Positions 27,400 through 36,358 of a stretch of 64,000 nucleotides of DNA are shown here, piece after piece (positions within the stretch are counted from its first letter, which is position 1; every line of letters starts with the position of its first letter). The stretch lies in contig JBDRNT010000106.1 of NCBI GenBank assembly GCA_043810925.1, positions 1 through 64,000 of the forward strand, read 5' to 3'. The stretch comes from Candidatus Eiseniibacteriota bacterium. Its GTDB lineage: Bacteria; Arandabacterota; Arandabacteria; Arandabacterales; Arandabacteraceae. The notes beneath the pieces were generated by a model. It was not told where the DNA came from. It did no database searches and saw nothing but the letters and a program-made list of their open reading frames with translations. Made by a program: the position numbers and the translations under genes.

Positions 27400-29925
27400 G
27401 TGACGGCTGTCAAACTCACCATAGACGGTACCGAGATCAGCGCGATGGCAGGTGTCACCGTCCTCGATGCCGCACGTGACGCTGAGATCTATATCCCATC
27501 GATCTGTTCTCATCCCGACCTCGAATGCGTGGACAGGATCAAGGGCGATTCCATGGTATTCCGGGGTGGGGACCGTATTGAGACCGACGATCCTGATGCC
27601 ACCTGGGACGGCTGTGGGCTCTGTGTGGTCGAAATCGACGGTGAAATAGTCCGCTCGTGTGCGACAGAGGTCGTGGACGGGATGGTTGTTACAACGAACT
27701 GCGAAGGTGTGCTTGCCGAGAGAGGCCGCAAGCTCGCCCGGCTTCTGGCAGATCATCCGCATACATGCCTGACGTGTGCTCAGGCGGAGGGCTGCTCGAT
27801 AACGCAGTGTTCGACCAATGTGCCCGAGGATGAACGCTGCTGCGAGCTGCTTGGTTCGTGCGAGCTCCAGCGGGTGTCCCAGTTCATCGGGGTGCCGCAG
27901 GATGTTCCGAAGTACAAGCCACGGGGGCTCCCCGCGCTTGAGGATGAACCTCTGTTCGACCACAAGACCGAGCTTTGCATCGGTTGTCTGAGATGCGTTC
28001 GGGCCTGCCGGGACCTGCGCGACGTGGGCACCCTTTCGTTTGTGATCAAAGACGGCAAACCGGTGGTGGGCACGCTCGATGGGCCGACACGCAAAGAGAG
28101 CCATTGCCGCTTTTGCGGTGCGTGCATTGAGGTCTGCCCGACAGGGGCACTGATGGATAAGGAACGCGCGGTTGGCGGGGAGCGTGAAAAGAAACTCGTT
28201 CCCTGCAGGAGTTCCTGCCCTGCCGGTGTGGATATACCGAGGTTCATACGTCATATCGCCCGAGGAGAGACGGGAAAAGCAATAGCAGTGATCCGTGAGA
28301 AGCTACCGCTTGCCTTTGCACCGAGCTACGTATGCTTTCATCCATGTGAAGAGGTGTGCCACCGGGGCCAGGTGACGAGCGCCGTCTCGGTCTGCCGTCT
28401 CAAACGCTTCGCAGTCGACAGCGACACCGGTGAGTGGCGCTCCGGCGTGACCAGGAAACCTTCGACGGCAAAGAAGGTCGCCGTCGTGGGAAGCGGTCCC
28501 GCCGGTCTGACGGCTGCGTACTACCTTGCATGCCAGGGCCACGCAGTCACCGTGTTTGAAGAGCTCAAGGAAGCCGGTGGCATGTTGCGTGTCGGGATTC
28601 CCGAGTACCGGTTCCCGCGTGAGTTGCTTGAGAAGGACCTGGAAGAAGTGCGAGGAATGGGTGTCGAGATAGAATGTGACTCAAAGGTCGATCGGACTAA
28701 ACTTGACCGGCTCGTATCGGACTGTGATGCCGTGTTTGTCGCGGCCGGTGCCCATGTATCGAAGAGAATCGAACTTCATGGTAGCGATCTCGACGGCGTC
28801 TGCTGGGGGATGGATTTCTTAAGGGACCGCTCGCTCGGGAAGATCGAAGCCGGGGCATTTGACTGCAAACGCGTCGTGGTTGTCGGTGGCGGTAACGTTG
28901 CTGTCGATGCAGCCCGGGTCGCGCGTCGCCTCGGATCGGACGACGTCACCATGGTGAGTCTCGAATCCCCCGAGGAACTACCAGCCCACGACTGGGAAAT
29001 CGAAGAGGCACGGGAAGAGGGGATAAAACTTGTGACAGGCTGGGGTCCCGCCCGGGTGGATTCGCAGAACAGCAAGGTAACCGGTCTCACGGTGAAGCGT
29101 TGCACACGTGTGTTTGATGAGAAGGGTTGCTTCAGTCCCGCCTACGATGAAGGTGAGACAAAGGAGCTCGCTGCCGATATCGTGATACTCGCAATCGGGC
29201 AGGAAGCGTCATCTGGACCCTTTGAGATCTGCGGTCTGTCACGGGAGCGGACGATTGAAGCTGACGAAGACACGCTCGCCACCAGGGTGGCAAAGGTCTA
29301 CGCCGGTGGCGATGTCGTAGCCGGACCCGGCAGTGTGATCGAAGCCATCGCCATGGGCCGTAAGGCCGCAATCGAGATCGACAGGGCCCTGGGTGGAGAC
29401 GGCGACATCGAAGTTGTGCTGACGGACCGGGAGCCTGTGGAACACCGTCTCGGGAAAGTAGAGAATTTCGCGGCGCTTGACTGCATCAGGCCTGCGACAC
29501 TTGACGCCGGAAGCCGCACCGGCTCCTTCGCTTCGATAGAGAGAACGCTTACGGCCGATGAGGCCCGCTCGGAAGCGGCCCGGTGTCTTAACTGCCACCT
29601 CAGACTTGAAATCACGGGGATAACCCTGCCGCCGCGCGTTGAGCTCCTGTTCGAATTGACGCCTGAGTCCGTAGAAAGCGCTCCTGAGACGGAGGGCGTG
29701 TTCCAGCTCTATGACGCCGAGAAAAAGGTGATCTCCATCACGGGTGTTATGAACCTCAAGGAAAGCCTTACCGAGGTTCTCGAAGAAAACGATACCGCCA
29801 GGTTCTTCACGCTTGAGCAGGACCCCATGTACACCAAGCGCGAGAGCGAGCTCATACAGCAATACCTCAAGGAACATGGTGAGCTCCCGGGTGGCGGAGA
29901 AGACGATCTTGACGACCTCTTTTGA
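27400..29925 (+). CDS. bzdV: BzdV-type FeS/FAD NAD(P)H:ferredoxin oxidoreductase (NuoG-like FeS N-terminus + GltD-like domain + C-terminal BzdV domain)
   Basis: [2Fe-2S] and multiple CxxCxxC motifs; VVGSGPAGL, GGMLRVGIP.YR, VGGGNVAVD; C-terminal MYTKRESELIQQYL...G..PG. Confidence 0.8.
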   Translation: MTAVKLTIDGTEISAMAGVTVLDAARDAEIYIPSICSHPDLECVDRIKGDSMVFRGGDRIETDDPDATWDGCGLCVVEIDGEIVRSCATEVVDGMVVTTNCEGVLAERGRKLARLLADHPHTCLTCAQAEGCSITQCSTNVPEDERCCELLGSCELQRVSQFIGVPQDVPKYKPRGLPALEDEPLFDHKTELCIGCLRCVRACRDLRDVGTLSFVIKDGKPVVGTLDGPTRKESHCRFCGACIEVCPTGALMDKERAVGGEREKKLVPCRSSCPAGVDIPRFIRHIARGETGKAIAVIREKLPLAFAPSYVCFHPCEEVCHRGQVTSAVSVCRLKRFAVDSDTGEWRSGVTRKPSTAKKVAVVGSGPAGLTAAYYLACQGHAVTVFEELKEAGGMLRVGIPEYRFPRELLEKDLEEVRGMGVEIECDSKVDRTKLDRLVSDCDAVFVAAGAHVSKRIELHGSDLDGVCWGMDFLRDRSLGKIEAGAFDCKRVVVVGGGNVAVDAARVARRLGSDDVTMVSLESPEELPAHDWEIEEAREEGIKLVTGWGPARVDSQNSKVTGLTVKRCTRVFDEKGCFSPAYDEGETKELAADIVILAIGQEASSGPFEICGLSRERTIEADEDTLATRVAKVYAGGDVVAGPGSVIEAIAMGRKAAIEIDRALGGDGDIEVVLTDREPVEHRLGKVENFAALDCIRPATLDAGSRTGSFASIERTLTADEARSEAARCLNCHLRLEITGITLPPRVELLFELTPESVESAPETEGVFQLYDAEKKVISITGVMNLKESLTEVLEENDTARFFTLEQDPMYTKRESELIQQYLKEHGELPGGGEDDLDDLF

Positions 29926-29934
29926 GGAGGCAAC

Positions 29935-30147
29935 ATGAGACGGCAGCAGGATCTCGAAGGCGAGGGTTGGGAGAGACGGACTACCTACGACGAGCCGCGT
30001 CTGTCGGAGATCGCCGAAATGTACGAGCAGATGGGCTTTGAGGTCCACATCGAACCGTTTGACCCCGCAGAGGAGCCCGGCTGCATCTCGTGCATGAGAG
30101 ACCACCCCGGGCTTTATAAGACCATCTACACACGCAGGCCTTCTTGA
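29935..30147 (+). CDS. Small conserved hypothetical CxxC protein
   Basis: GAGGAGG RBS; GWERR...EPRLSE..E.Y...GFEV..EP...GCISC...YTR. Confidence 0.8.
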   Translation: MRRQQDLEGEGWERRTTYDEPRLSEIAEMYEQMGFEVHIEPFDPAEEPGCISCMRDHPGLYKTIYTRRPS

Positions 30148-30211
30148 GTAAGCCGCTTCGGCAGCATGACTTTGGATTGAACGACATCCGGTTGAGAGGT
30201 ATGATCCTCAT

Positions 30212-33148
30212 ATGGTAGATGGCGATATGAACTATAAGCCTACGTTCCATGATCTTTACCATTTGATGAAGTTCAAGGTCACCAATATCCTTCTCGTATC
30301 CAGTTTCTACGATGCTTTCATTCTGGAGGAGGAGGGTCTCCTCACAGAACAGATATCGGGGGAGTACCAGGATCTGGCCCTGTCATCTCCTCCCCAGATC
30401 GTCAGGGTCCGGTCGGGCAAGGAAGCTCTGAGCGAACTGCGCCTTGGACGATATGACCTGATCATCACGATGAGTCATATCGCCGACCTGGAGCCTTATG
30501 AGTTCGGTAGGAAGGCAAAGGAGATAATAGAGGACATCCCGGTCGTACTGCTGGCCACCGATCCCGGCGCTCTTTCGATTTTCCACAAACCGGGCGGGGC
30601 CCCCGGGATCGACAAGGTATTTTACTGGACCGGTGACGCGGCCTTGTTCCTGGCCATAACCAAGTATGTCGAAGACCGGGTGAACGTCGAGGCGGATACC
30701 GAGCATGGGGTGGTCAAGGCGGTGCTGGTGATTGAGGACTCCCCCGTGGATTACTCCGGTTTCCTTCCCGTGATCTACACGGAGATAATGAAGCAGACCC
30801 AGGCTCTCATAGGAGTGGGTCTCAACGAGCAGGAGAAGTGGTTCAGAAAGCGAGCCAGACCCAAGATCCTGCTGGCAGAGACATTCGAACAGGGCAAGGA
30901 ACTCTATGACAGGTATAGAAGGCACCTTCTTGGGATCATCACAGATGTCTCATACCGAAGGGGAGACCAGCTGAGAGAGAATGCGGGCTTTCAGTTTGTG
31001 GAGGAAGTGGTGGATGACGACATCCCGGTTCTCATCCAATCCTCACAGCCCGAACACAGGGAGAGGGCGGATCGGCTCAAATTACCTTTCTTCTATAAAC
31101 GTTCGGAGACGCCGTCGCAGGACCTTCGCGCTTTCCTCAAGAAGCGCATGGGTTTTGGTGACTTCGTTTTCACGTTGCCTGACGGTAAGCAGATCGCAAA
31201 GGCACACGATATAAGTGAGTTTGTGGAGATAGTACAGCAAGTCCCGCTTGAGTCGGTACGCTACCACGGGACAAGGAACGACTTCTCCCGATGGCTGATG
31301 GCCAGGGGGGAGATCGAGATGGCGATGGAGCTAAAGCCCAGGAAGGTTTCGGACTTCAAGAACGATGAGGAGATGACGGCCTGGCTGCTTAAGGTCATAA
31401 AGGAATCAAGGCAGGAGAAGCGGCTCGGCGTGATAACCGATTTTTCTCAGGAGGACTTTGATTTCGAACAGACGTTCACACGGCTTGGGGGTGGTTCACT
31501 TGGCGGCAAGGGGAGAGGGCTTGCCTTCCTGGCAGCACTGCTTCACCGGAGCGGTATCAGGAACAAGTTCGGAGATCTTCGGGTCCGCCTGCCGGACACG
31601 TTGGTCATAGGAACAGATGTGTTCGACAGTTTCATGGATGACAACAATCTCTACGATCTTGTGAACAGGGATCTCTCTGATCGTGAAATCTCCGAGCGCT
31701 TCATGGCCGCAGAATTGCCGGCGGATATCAAGGGCTCCCTGGGCACATTCCTGTCACAAGTGAGAGAACCATTGGCCGTCCGTTCGTCGAGCCTGCTTGA
31801 GGATTCTCAGAACCAGCCTTTCGCCGGTGTATATGCCACGTACATGCTGCCCAACAACTGTGAGGATGAACCTGTCAGGCTGGATCAGCTGTGCGAGGCG
31901 ATTAAGCTGGTCTATGCATCCACGTTTTCGAAGAGCGCAAAGGCATATGCTCATAGTACCATTCACAAGGCCGACGAGAAGATGGCCGTGGTGATTCAGA
32001 AGGTTGTCGGGAAGCGCTACGGTGACACCTTCTACCCCATCTACTCCGGGGTGGGCCAGTCCTACAATTTCTATCCTGTAGCCCCATTGAAGCGAGAAGA
32101 CGGGATTGTGAGCGCCGCTCTGGGTCTCGGCAAGATCGTGATCGAGGGTGGAAAAGTGCTGAGTTTCTCACCCGTTCACCCTGACATACTGCCGGGCCCC
32201 TCGGACCCCGAGGAAATCCTGAGGAACACCCAGAGTCATTTCTACGCGCTTGATCTGAGAAATGCCTGTTTCGATCTGTCGGAAGGAGAGGAAGCAACCC
32301 TGAGTAGGCTCAACATCTCCACCGCCGACAGCGACGGCACGCTGGATTATCTCGCGAGCACCTATGACGCCGATGACAACAGATTGAGGGACGGCGTGGA
32401 GGCCCGGGGGCCGAGGGTGATAACATTTGCAGGGATACTCAAGTACAAGGCCCTGCCACTCGTTGATGTGGTGAGTGAGCTCTTAAGCCTCGGAGAGCGC
32501 GGCATGGGCCGTCCGGTGGAGATCGAGTTCGCAGGTACATCGGGCCCCGATGGAAGACCTGAGTTCTATCTCCTGCAGATTCGGCCGCTGGTGACGCTTC
32601 GCGAGCGCCGGCAGGTGGCGATTGAAGAAGAAGAGATCAAGAACGCGCTCGTCTCAACCAACAGGGCCCTCGGCAATGGGGTGATTGAGGGTTTGCGGGA
32701 TGTAATTCTGGTTGTTCCCGAGACATTCGATTCCGTGAAAACTGTGGAGATAGCCGAGGAGATCGGCAAGATCAACCGGGATCTGGAGGACACTCCCTAT
32801 ATCCTTATCGGTCCTGGTCGTTGGGGTACCCGGGACAGGTTCCTGGGAGTTCCCGTAAGATGGGATCAGATTTCAGGAGCCAGAACCATAATCGAGGTAT
32901 CGCTTAAGGACTTCAGAGTGGACCCATCCCACGGGACGCACTTCTTCCATAACATGACATCGCTCGGGATCATGTACCTAACGATACCCTATGGCAGGCG
33001 GGAAGCCTTCGTTGACTGGGACCGGCTGAACAGCGGTCAGACGACCAACGTTGGGAAATACGTGAAGCACATCAGGTTCCAGTCTCCGCTTGTCGTTAAG
33101 GTGGACGGCAGGAGTGGAAGAGGTGTGATACGGCCGGCGGCCGGTTAA
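30212..33148 (+). CDS. PEP-synthase/PPDK nucleotide-binding-domain protein with degenerate receiver-like and DUF5752-like N-terminal domains
   Basis: LGGKGRGL, PLAVRSSSLLEDS...FAG.Y and MAVVIQ motifs; N-terminal ILLVSS.YD and VLVIEDSP; YHGTRNDFSRWL; no evident phospho-His or pyruvate barrel. Confidence 0.8.
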   Translation: MVDGDMNYKPTFHDLYHLMKFKVTNILLVSSFYDAFILEEEGLLTEQISGEYQDLALSSPPQIVRVRSGKEALSELRLGRYDLIITMSHIADLEPYEFGRKAKEIIEDIPVVLLATDPGALSIFHKPGGAPGIDKVFYWTGDAALFLAITKYVEDRVNVEADTEHGVVKAVLVIEDSPVDYSGFLPVIYTEIMKQTQALIGVGLNEQEKWFRKRARPKILLAETFEQGKELYDRYRRHLLGIITDVSYRRGDQLRENAGFQFVEEVVDDDIPVLIQSSQPEHRERADRLKLPFFYKRSETPSQDLRAFLKKRMGFGDFVFTLPDGKQIAKAHDISEFVEIVQQVPLESVRYHGTRNDFSRWLMARGEIEMAMELKPRKVSDFKNDEEMTAWLLKVIKESRQEKRLGVITDFSQEDFDFEQTFTRLGGGSLGGKGRGLAFLAALLHRSGIRNKFGDLRVRLPDTLVIGTDVFDSFMDDNNLYDLVNRDLSDREISERFMAAELPADIKGSLGTFLSQVREPLAVRSSSLLEDSQNQPFAGVYATYMLPNNCEDEPVRLDQLCEAIKLVYASTFSKSAKAYAHSTIHKADEKMAVVIQKVVGKRYGDTFYPIYSGVGQSYNFYPVAPLKREDGIVSAALGLGKIVIEGGKVLSFSPVHPDILPGPSDPEEILRNTQSHFYALDLRNACFDLSEGEEATLSRLNISTADSDGTLDYLASTYDADDNRLRDGVEARGPRVITFAGILKYKALPLVDVVSELLSLGERGMGRPVEIEFAGTSGPDGRPEFYLLQIRPLVTLRERRQVAIEEEEIKNALVSTNRALGNGVIEGLRDVILVVPETFDSVKTVEIAEEIGKINRDLEDTPYILIGPGRWGTRDRFLGVPVRWDQISGARTIIEVSLKDFRVDPSHGTHFFHNMTSLGIMYLTIPYGRREAFVDWDRLNSGQTTNVGKYVKHIRFQSPLVVKVDGRSGRGVIRPAAG

Positions 33149-33242
33149 GGCGACAAAGCCTGTCATGGTGAAAGATCGGTGAATGTCCCCCGTTTGTGCC
33201 CCGCCCTAATGACGTATAAACCTTGATTCCGGCAGGTTTTCC

Positions 33243-33360
33243 TTGACTTTTTTCAACATTCCTTGTTAAATTTGTCAAACTTAGACGGTGCCCAGCGTCT
33301 ATCTACGTAAGTGACTCTTCTTAAGGTTTTAGCTTTGCCCGCACACGGACGGTGATTGCA
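33243..33360 (+). promoter_or_regulatory. Promoter and conserved palindromic leader, copy 1
   Basis: TTGACT..TGTTAAAT, then ACTTAGACG-N8-CGTCTATCTACGTAAGTG...TTTGCCCGCACACGGA.GGTGATTGCA; duplicated at 34856. Confidence 0.65.
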
Positions 33361-33385
33361 AAGCGATCACAATGGAGGTAGAACC

Positions 33386-34810
33386 ATGACGTGCTTGAGC
33401 AAAGTGATCTGTTTCGTACTTGGGCTGTTCTGTATGACTCTTCTTTCAGGGCCGGCGATGGCCTCCGACATCCCGATTTCAACTGACACCGAGATCAAAC
33501 ACGCAGAGGATACGGGCGGAGAGGGAATCCGCATATTCGACATATTCCCTAGAAAGGACGGTACTCGCAGCCGGGCCAGGAACGAGATCCGTCTCATAAT
33601 GCAGTCTCCTGTTTCGGTAAGGGAGCGCATTGCCGACGGGAATTATCCCGACCACTACGGCATGATCGGATCCAACCGTGGTGGTTGGGTGTGTGCCGCT
33701 TTTCAGCGTGGTGGAATGCTCCGCCTCATGCTCTCGGCAGTAAACGGTGACGAATGGGCGGTAACTGACTCCTGGCGTGCGATTGACGCAGCCTTCCGCT
33801 ACCAGAATCCCGATGGGAGTTTCCAGATCGGTGGTGGCATATACGCTGATTATCTTGATCGCCTGAACGATGTATCTTTCTGGTTGGCGAAGTTGAGCCA
33901 CGCAATCCTGATTCTCCAGGCAAGCGATCTCGGTCCTGCGTTCGAAAGCAGGATCCAGGCGCTGCTTCCGAAGATCGAGTTATCGGCCTTGTACCTCGCG
34001 GATGGTGTGGACGTCCTTTCACACGGTGATCGCGATGCGCCAAACCGTCTCTTCTTCCATGCGGGTGCGCTCGGGTTTTCGGGGGCCCTCATTGATAACC
34101 AGCAGCTGATTGAGCTCGGGCGGCGACTCGCGGCAGAGGGTATGGCGTTGCAGCGCGCGGACGGTGCCTACCTTGAGTTGGGCGGTCACGACTCGGGTTA
34201 TCAAGGCGTATCGCTCCTGCAGTTCCAGCAGTACACATTTCATTTCCCGGGCGCCGCCGCAGATGCTTCGCTCCTTCTTGGTGCACAGTGGGAAGAAACA
34301 CGCATTCTGCCGAACGGCCAGGTGGATACGACTGGAAACACACGAACCGGCGTATGGGGTAAGCAGGTCGCCTACATTGAGGTAATGATGGGACTGCTTT
34401 ATGCCGGGGGGGCACAAGATTACTACCCTGCCGTAGATGCCGGGCTGCGCTGCTACAGTTATTTCTACCACGTGCCGGTTCCGACCATGGATATCGCCGA
34501 TCACACAGATATTGATGGTGAAAGGTTTGATCCGTCGATTCTTCTGGACCAGAACTATCCAAATCCGTTCAGGGAGACGACAAACATCAGCTACACTCTT
34601 ACATCCGGGCAGAATGTGCGGATGGCGATATATAACACGCTCGGCCAGCGGGTACGTACGCTTGCCGACGGGTACTGCCGGAGAGGCAACTCCCAGGTTA
34701 CGTGGGACTCCAGGGATGATGCAGGAAACCAGGTATCGCCGGGTGTCTACGTGATCAGGCTTGAGACTCCGTTTGCCAGCGAGACCCGGAAGTTGTCCCT
34801 GGTCGAATAG
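33386..34810 (+). CDS. Secreted alpha-helical (alpha/alpha-toroid-like) protein with C-terminal FlgD-Ig/T9SS-like domain, paralog 1
   Basis: GGAGG RBS; signal peptide; Q.PDGSF and QRADGAY repeats; ELGGHDSGYQ; LDQNYPNPF...WDSRDDAG..V.PGVY tail. Confidence 0.75.
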   Translation: MTCLSKVICFVLGLFCMTLLSGPAMASDIPISTDTEIKHAEDTGGEGIRIFDIFPRKDGTRSRARNEIRLIMQSPVSVRERIADGNYPDHYGMIGSNRGGWVCAAFQRGGMLRLMLSAVNGDEWAVTDSWRAIDAAFRYQNPDGSFQIGGGIYADYLDRLNDVSFWLAKLSHAILILQASDLGPAFESRIQALLPKIELSALYLADGVDVLSHGDRDAPNRLFFHAGALGFSGALIDNQQLIELGRRLAAEGMALQRADGAYLELGGHDSGYQGVSLLQFQQYTFHFPGAAADASLLLGAQWEETRILPNGQVDTTGNTRTGVWGKQVAYIEVMMGLLYAGGAQDYYPAVDAGLRCYSYFYHVPVPTMDIADHTDIDGERFDPSILLDQNYPNPFRETTNISYTLTSGQNVRMAIYNTLGQRVRTLADGYCRRGNSQVTWDSRDDAGNQVSPGVYVIRLETPFASETRKLSLVE

Positions 34811-34855
34811 GGCGGCGAGATCCGGGGCACAAGCCTTGATTGCTCTGGATTGAGC

Positions 34856-34974
34856 TTGACTTCTTTGAGCATCACTTGTTATTTTTGCCGGACTTAGACG
34901 AAGCCCAACGTCTATCTATGTAAGTGTCTCTTCAAACCTGTTTATGTTTTGCCCGCACACGGAAGGTGATTGCA
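34856..34974 (+). promoter_or_regulatory. Promoter and conserved palindromic leader, copy 2
   Basis: TTGACT..TGTTATTT, then ACTTAGACG-N8-CGTCTATCTATGTAAGTG...TTTGCCCGCACACGGAAGGTGATTGCA. Confidence 0.65.
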
Positions 34975-34999
34975 CGGTGACTGCATTGGAGGTTATACC

Positions 35000-36352
35000 A
35001 TGATGTGCCAGCGCAAAGCGACCGGTCTTGGGCTCGGCTTGTTGACTCTTGTTCTAATGTCGTCTCCTGCAGTGGCTTCGGGCACATCGCCTTACGCGGC
35101 TGCAGAGATTCAGCTGATACAGGACATGCCTCAGTACATCATGGACCGTCTGGATAACGGTAATCATCCCGACCAGAACGGTATGATCGGGTATAACCGC
35201 GACGGTTGGTTGTTTGTAGGTTTTCAACGTGGAGGGATGCTCTATCTTCTGTACTCGGCCGTAGACGGCGATGAAGCCGGGGCCAATGATGCGTGGCGTG
35301 CGATCGATGCCGCATTCTACTACCAGCGACCGGACGGCAGTTTCCATATCGGCCATCCCATGGGGCCCTACATTGCGCGGGTCGACAGTCTCAACGATGT
35401 GTCTTTCTGGCTGGCGAAACTGTGCCACGCACTGGTGGTCCTCCAGGCGAGCCCTCTCGGCCCTGCATTCGAAAGCAGGATCCAGGCATTGCTCCCCAAG
35501 ATCGAGCTCTCGGCGCTCTGGCTTGCCGACGGTGTCGATGTGCTCGCATATGGCGATTCTGAAGCGCCCAACCGGCTTTTCTTCCATGCATGTGCATTTG
35601 GCTTTGCCGGTATTCTCCTCGGCAATACAGAGCTGATCGCGCTCGGGCAGCAGTTTGTGGCACAGGGTCTTGGGGTCCAGCGTGAGGATGGGGTCTTCCT
35701 CGAGCTTGGAGGACATGATTCAAGCTACCAGGGGGTCTCACTCCTCCAGCTCCAGCAGTACGAGATCCACTTCCCGCGTCCTCCCTACAAAGCTGCGATC
35801 CAGCTCGGTGCGGCATGGGAGGTCACACGGGTCACGTTGACCGGAGAGATAGACTGTACGGATAACACGCGAACCGGTCTCGGCCAGGAGGACTTTATTG
35901 ATGGGAGCAAGGAGGTGGCCTACATCGAGGTACTCCTCGGCCTCCTCTATTGCGGTGAGGCTCAGAACCACGGTCTTTCCACTGCCGCCGCGATACGCAT
36001 CTTCGATTATCTTTCCGGTGGATCAACCGGGGCGGGAGTGGACGATGTCAGTCCGGACGGCGAACCGTTACAGCCGTCGATTGTCCTCCACCACGGCTGC
36101 CCGAACCCCTTCAGCGGCACGACAACGATCGGGTACACGCTTGCCTCAGGACAGAGTGTGAGAATGGCCGTCTACGATATGCTCGGCCGGCGCGTACGTA
36201 CCCTGGTTAACGGGCAGCGTCCTGAGGGCTACTCCCGGGTGATCTGGGATTCAACGGACGATGCAGGGAATCCGGTGTCTCCGGGGGTCTACGTGATTAG
36301 CCTTGAGGGTCCCGGCAGCACTCAGACACGCAAGGTCTTGCTTGTAGAGTAG
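35000..36352 (+). CDS. Secreted protein with C-terminal FlgD-Ig/T9SS-like domain, paralog 2
   Basis: Shares long identical blocks with paralog 1 (LNDVSFWLAKL, LGPAFESRIQALLPKIELSAL, APNRLFFHA); PNPF...WDSTDDAG tail. Confidence 0.75.
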   Translation: MMCQRKATGLGLGLLTLVLMSSPAVASGTSPYAAAEIQLIQDMPQYIMDRLDNGNHPDQNGMIGYNRDGWLFVGFQRGGMLYLLYSAVDGDEAGANDAWRAIDAAFYYQRPDGSFHIGHPMGPYIARVDSLNDVSFWLAKLCHALVVLQASPLGPAFESRIQALLPKIELSALWLADGVDVLAYGDSEAPNRLFFHACAFGFAGILLGNTELIALGQQFVAQGLGVQREDGVFLELGGHDSSYQGVSLLQLQQYEIHFPRPPYKAAIQLGAAWEVTRVTLTGEIDCTDNTRTGLGQEDFIDGSKEVAYIEVLLGLLYCGEAQNHGLSTAAAIRIFDYLSGGSTGAGVDDVSPDGEPLQPSIVLHHGCPNPFSGTTTIGYTLASGQSVRMAVYDMLGRRVRTLVNGQRPEGYSRVIWDSTDDAGNPVSPGVYVISLEGPGSTQTRKVLLVE

Positions 36353-36358
36353 TGTGCT

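Noticed and set aside
27400-29925. Selenocysteine or stop readthrough in the redox genes
   Set aside because: The ORFs are uninterrupted, with no in-frame TGA at a Cys position.
33279-33360. Known riboswitch (c-di-GMP, c-di-AMP, SAM, cobalamin)
   Set aside because: I recognised no consensus core motifs; kept only as an unnamed candidate leader.
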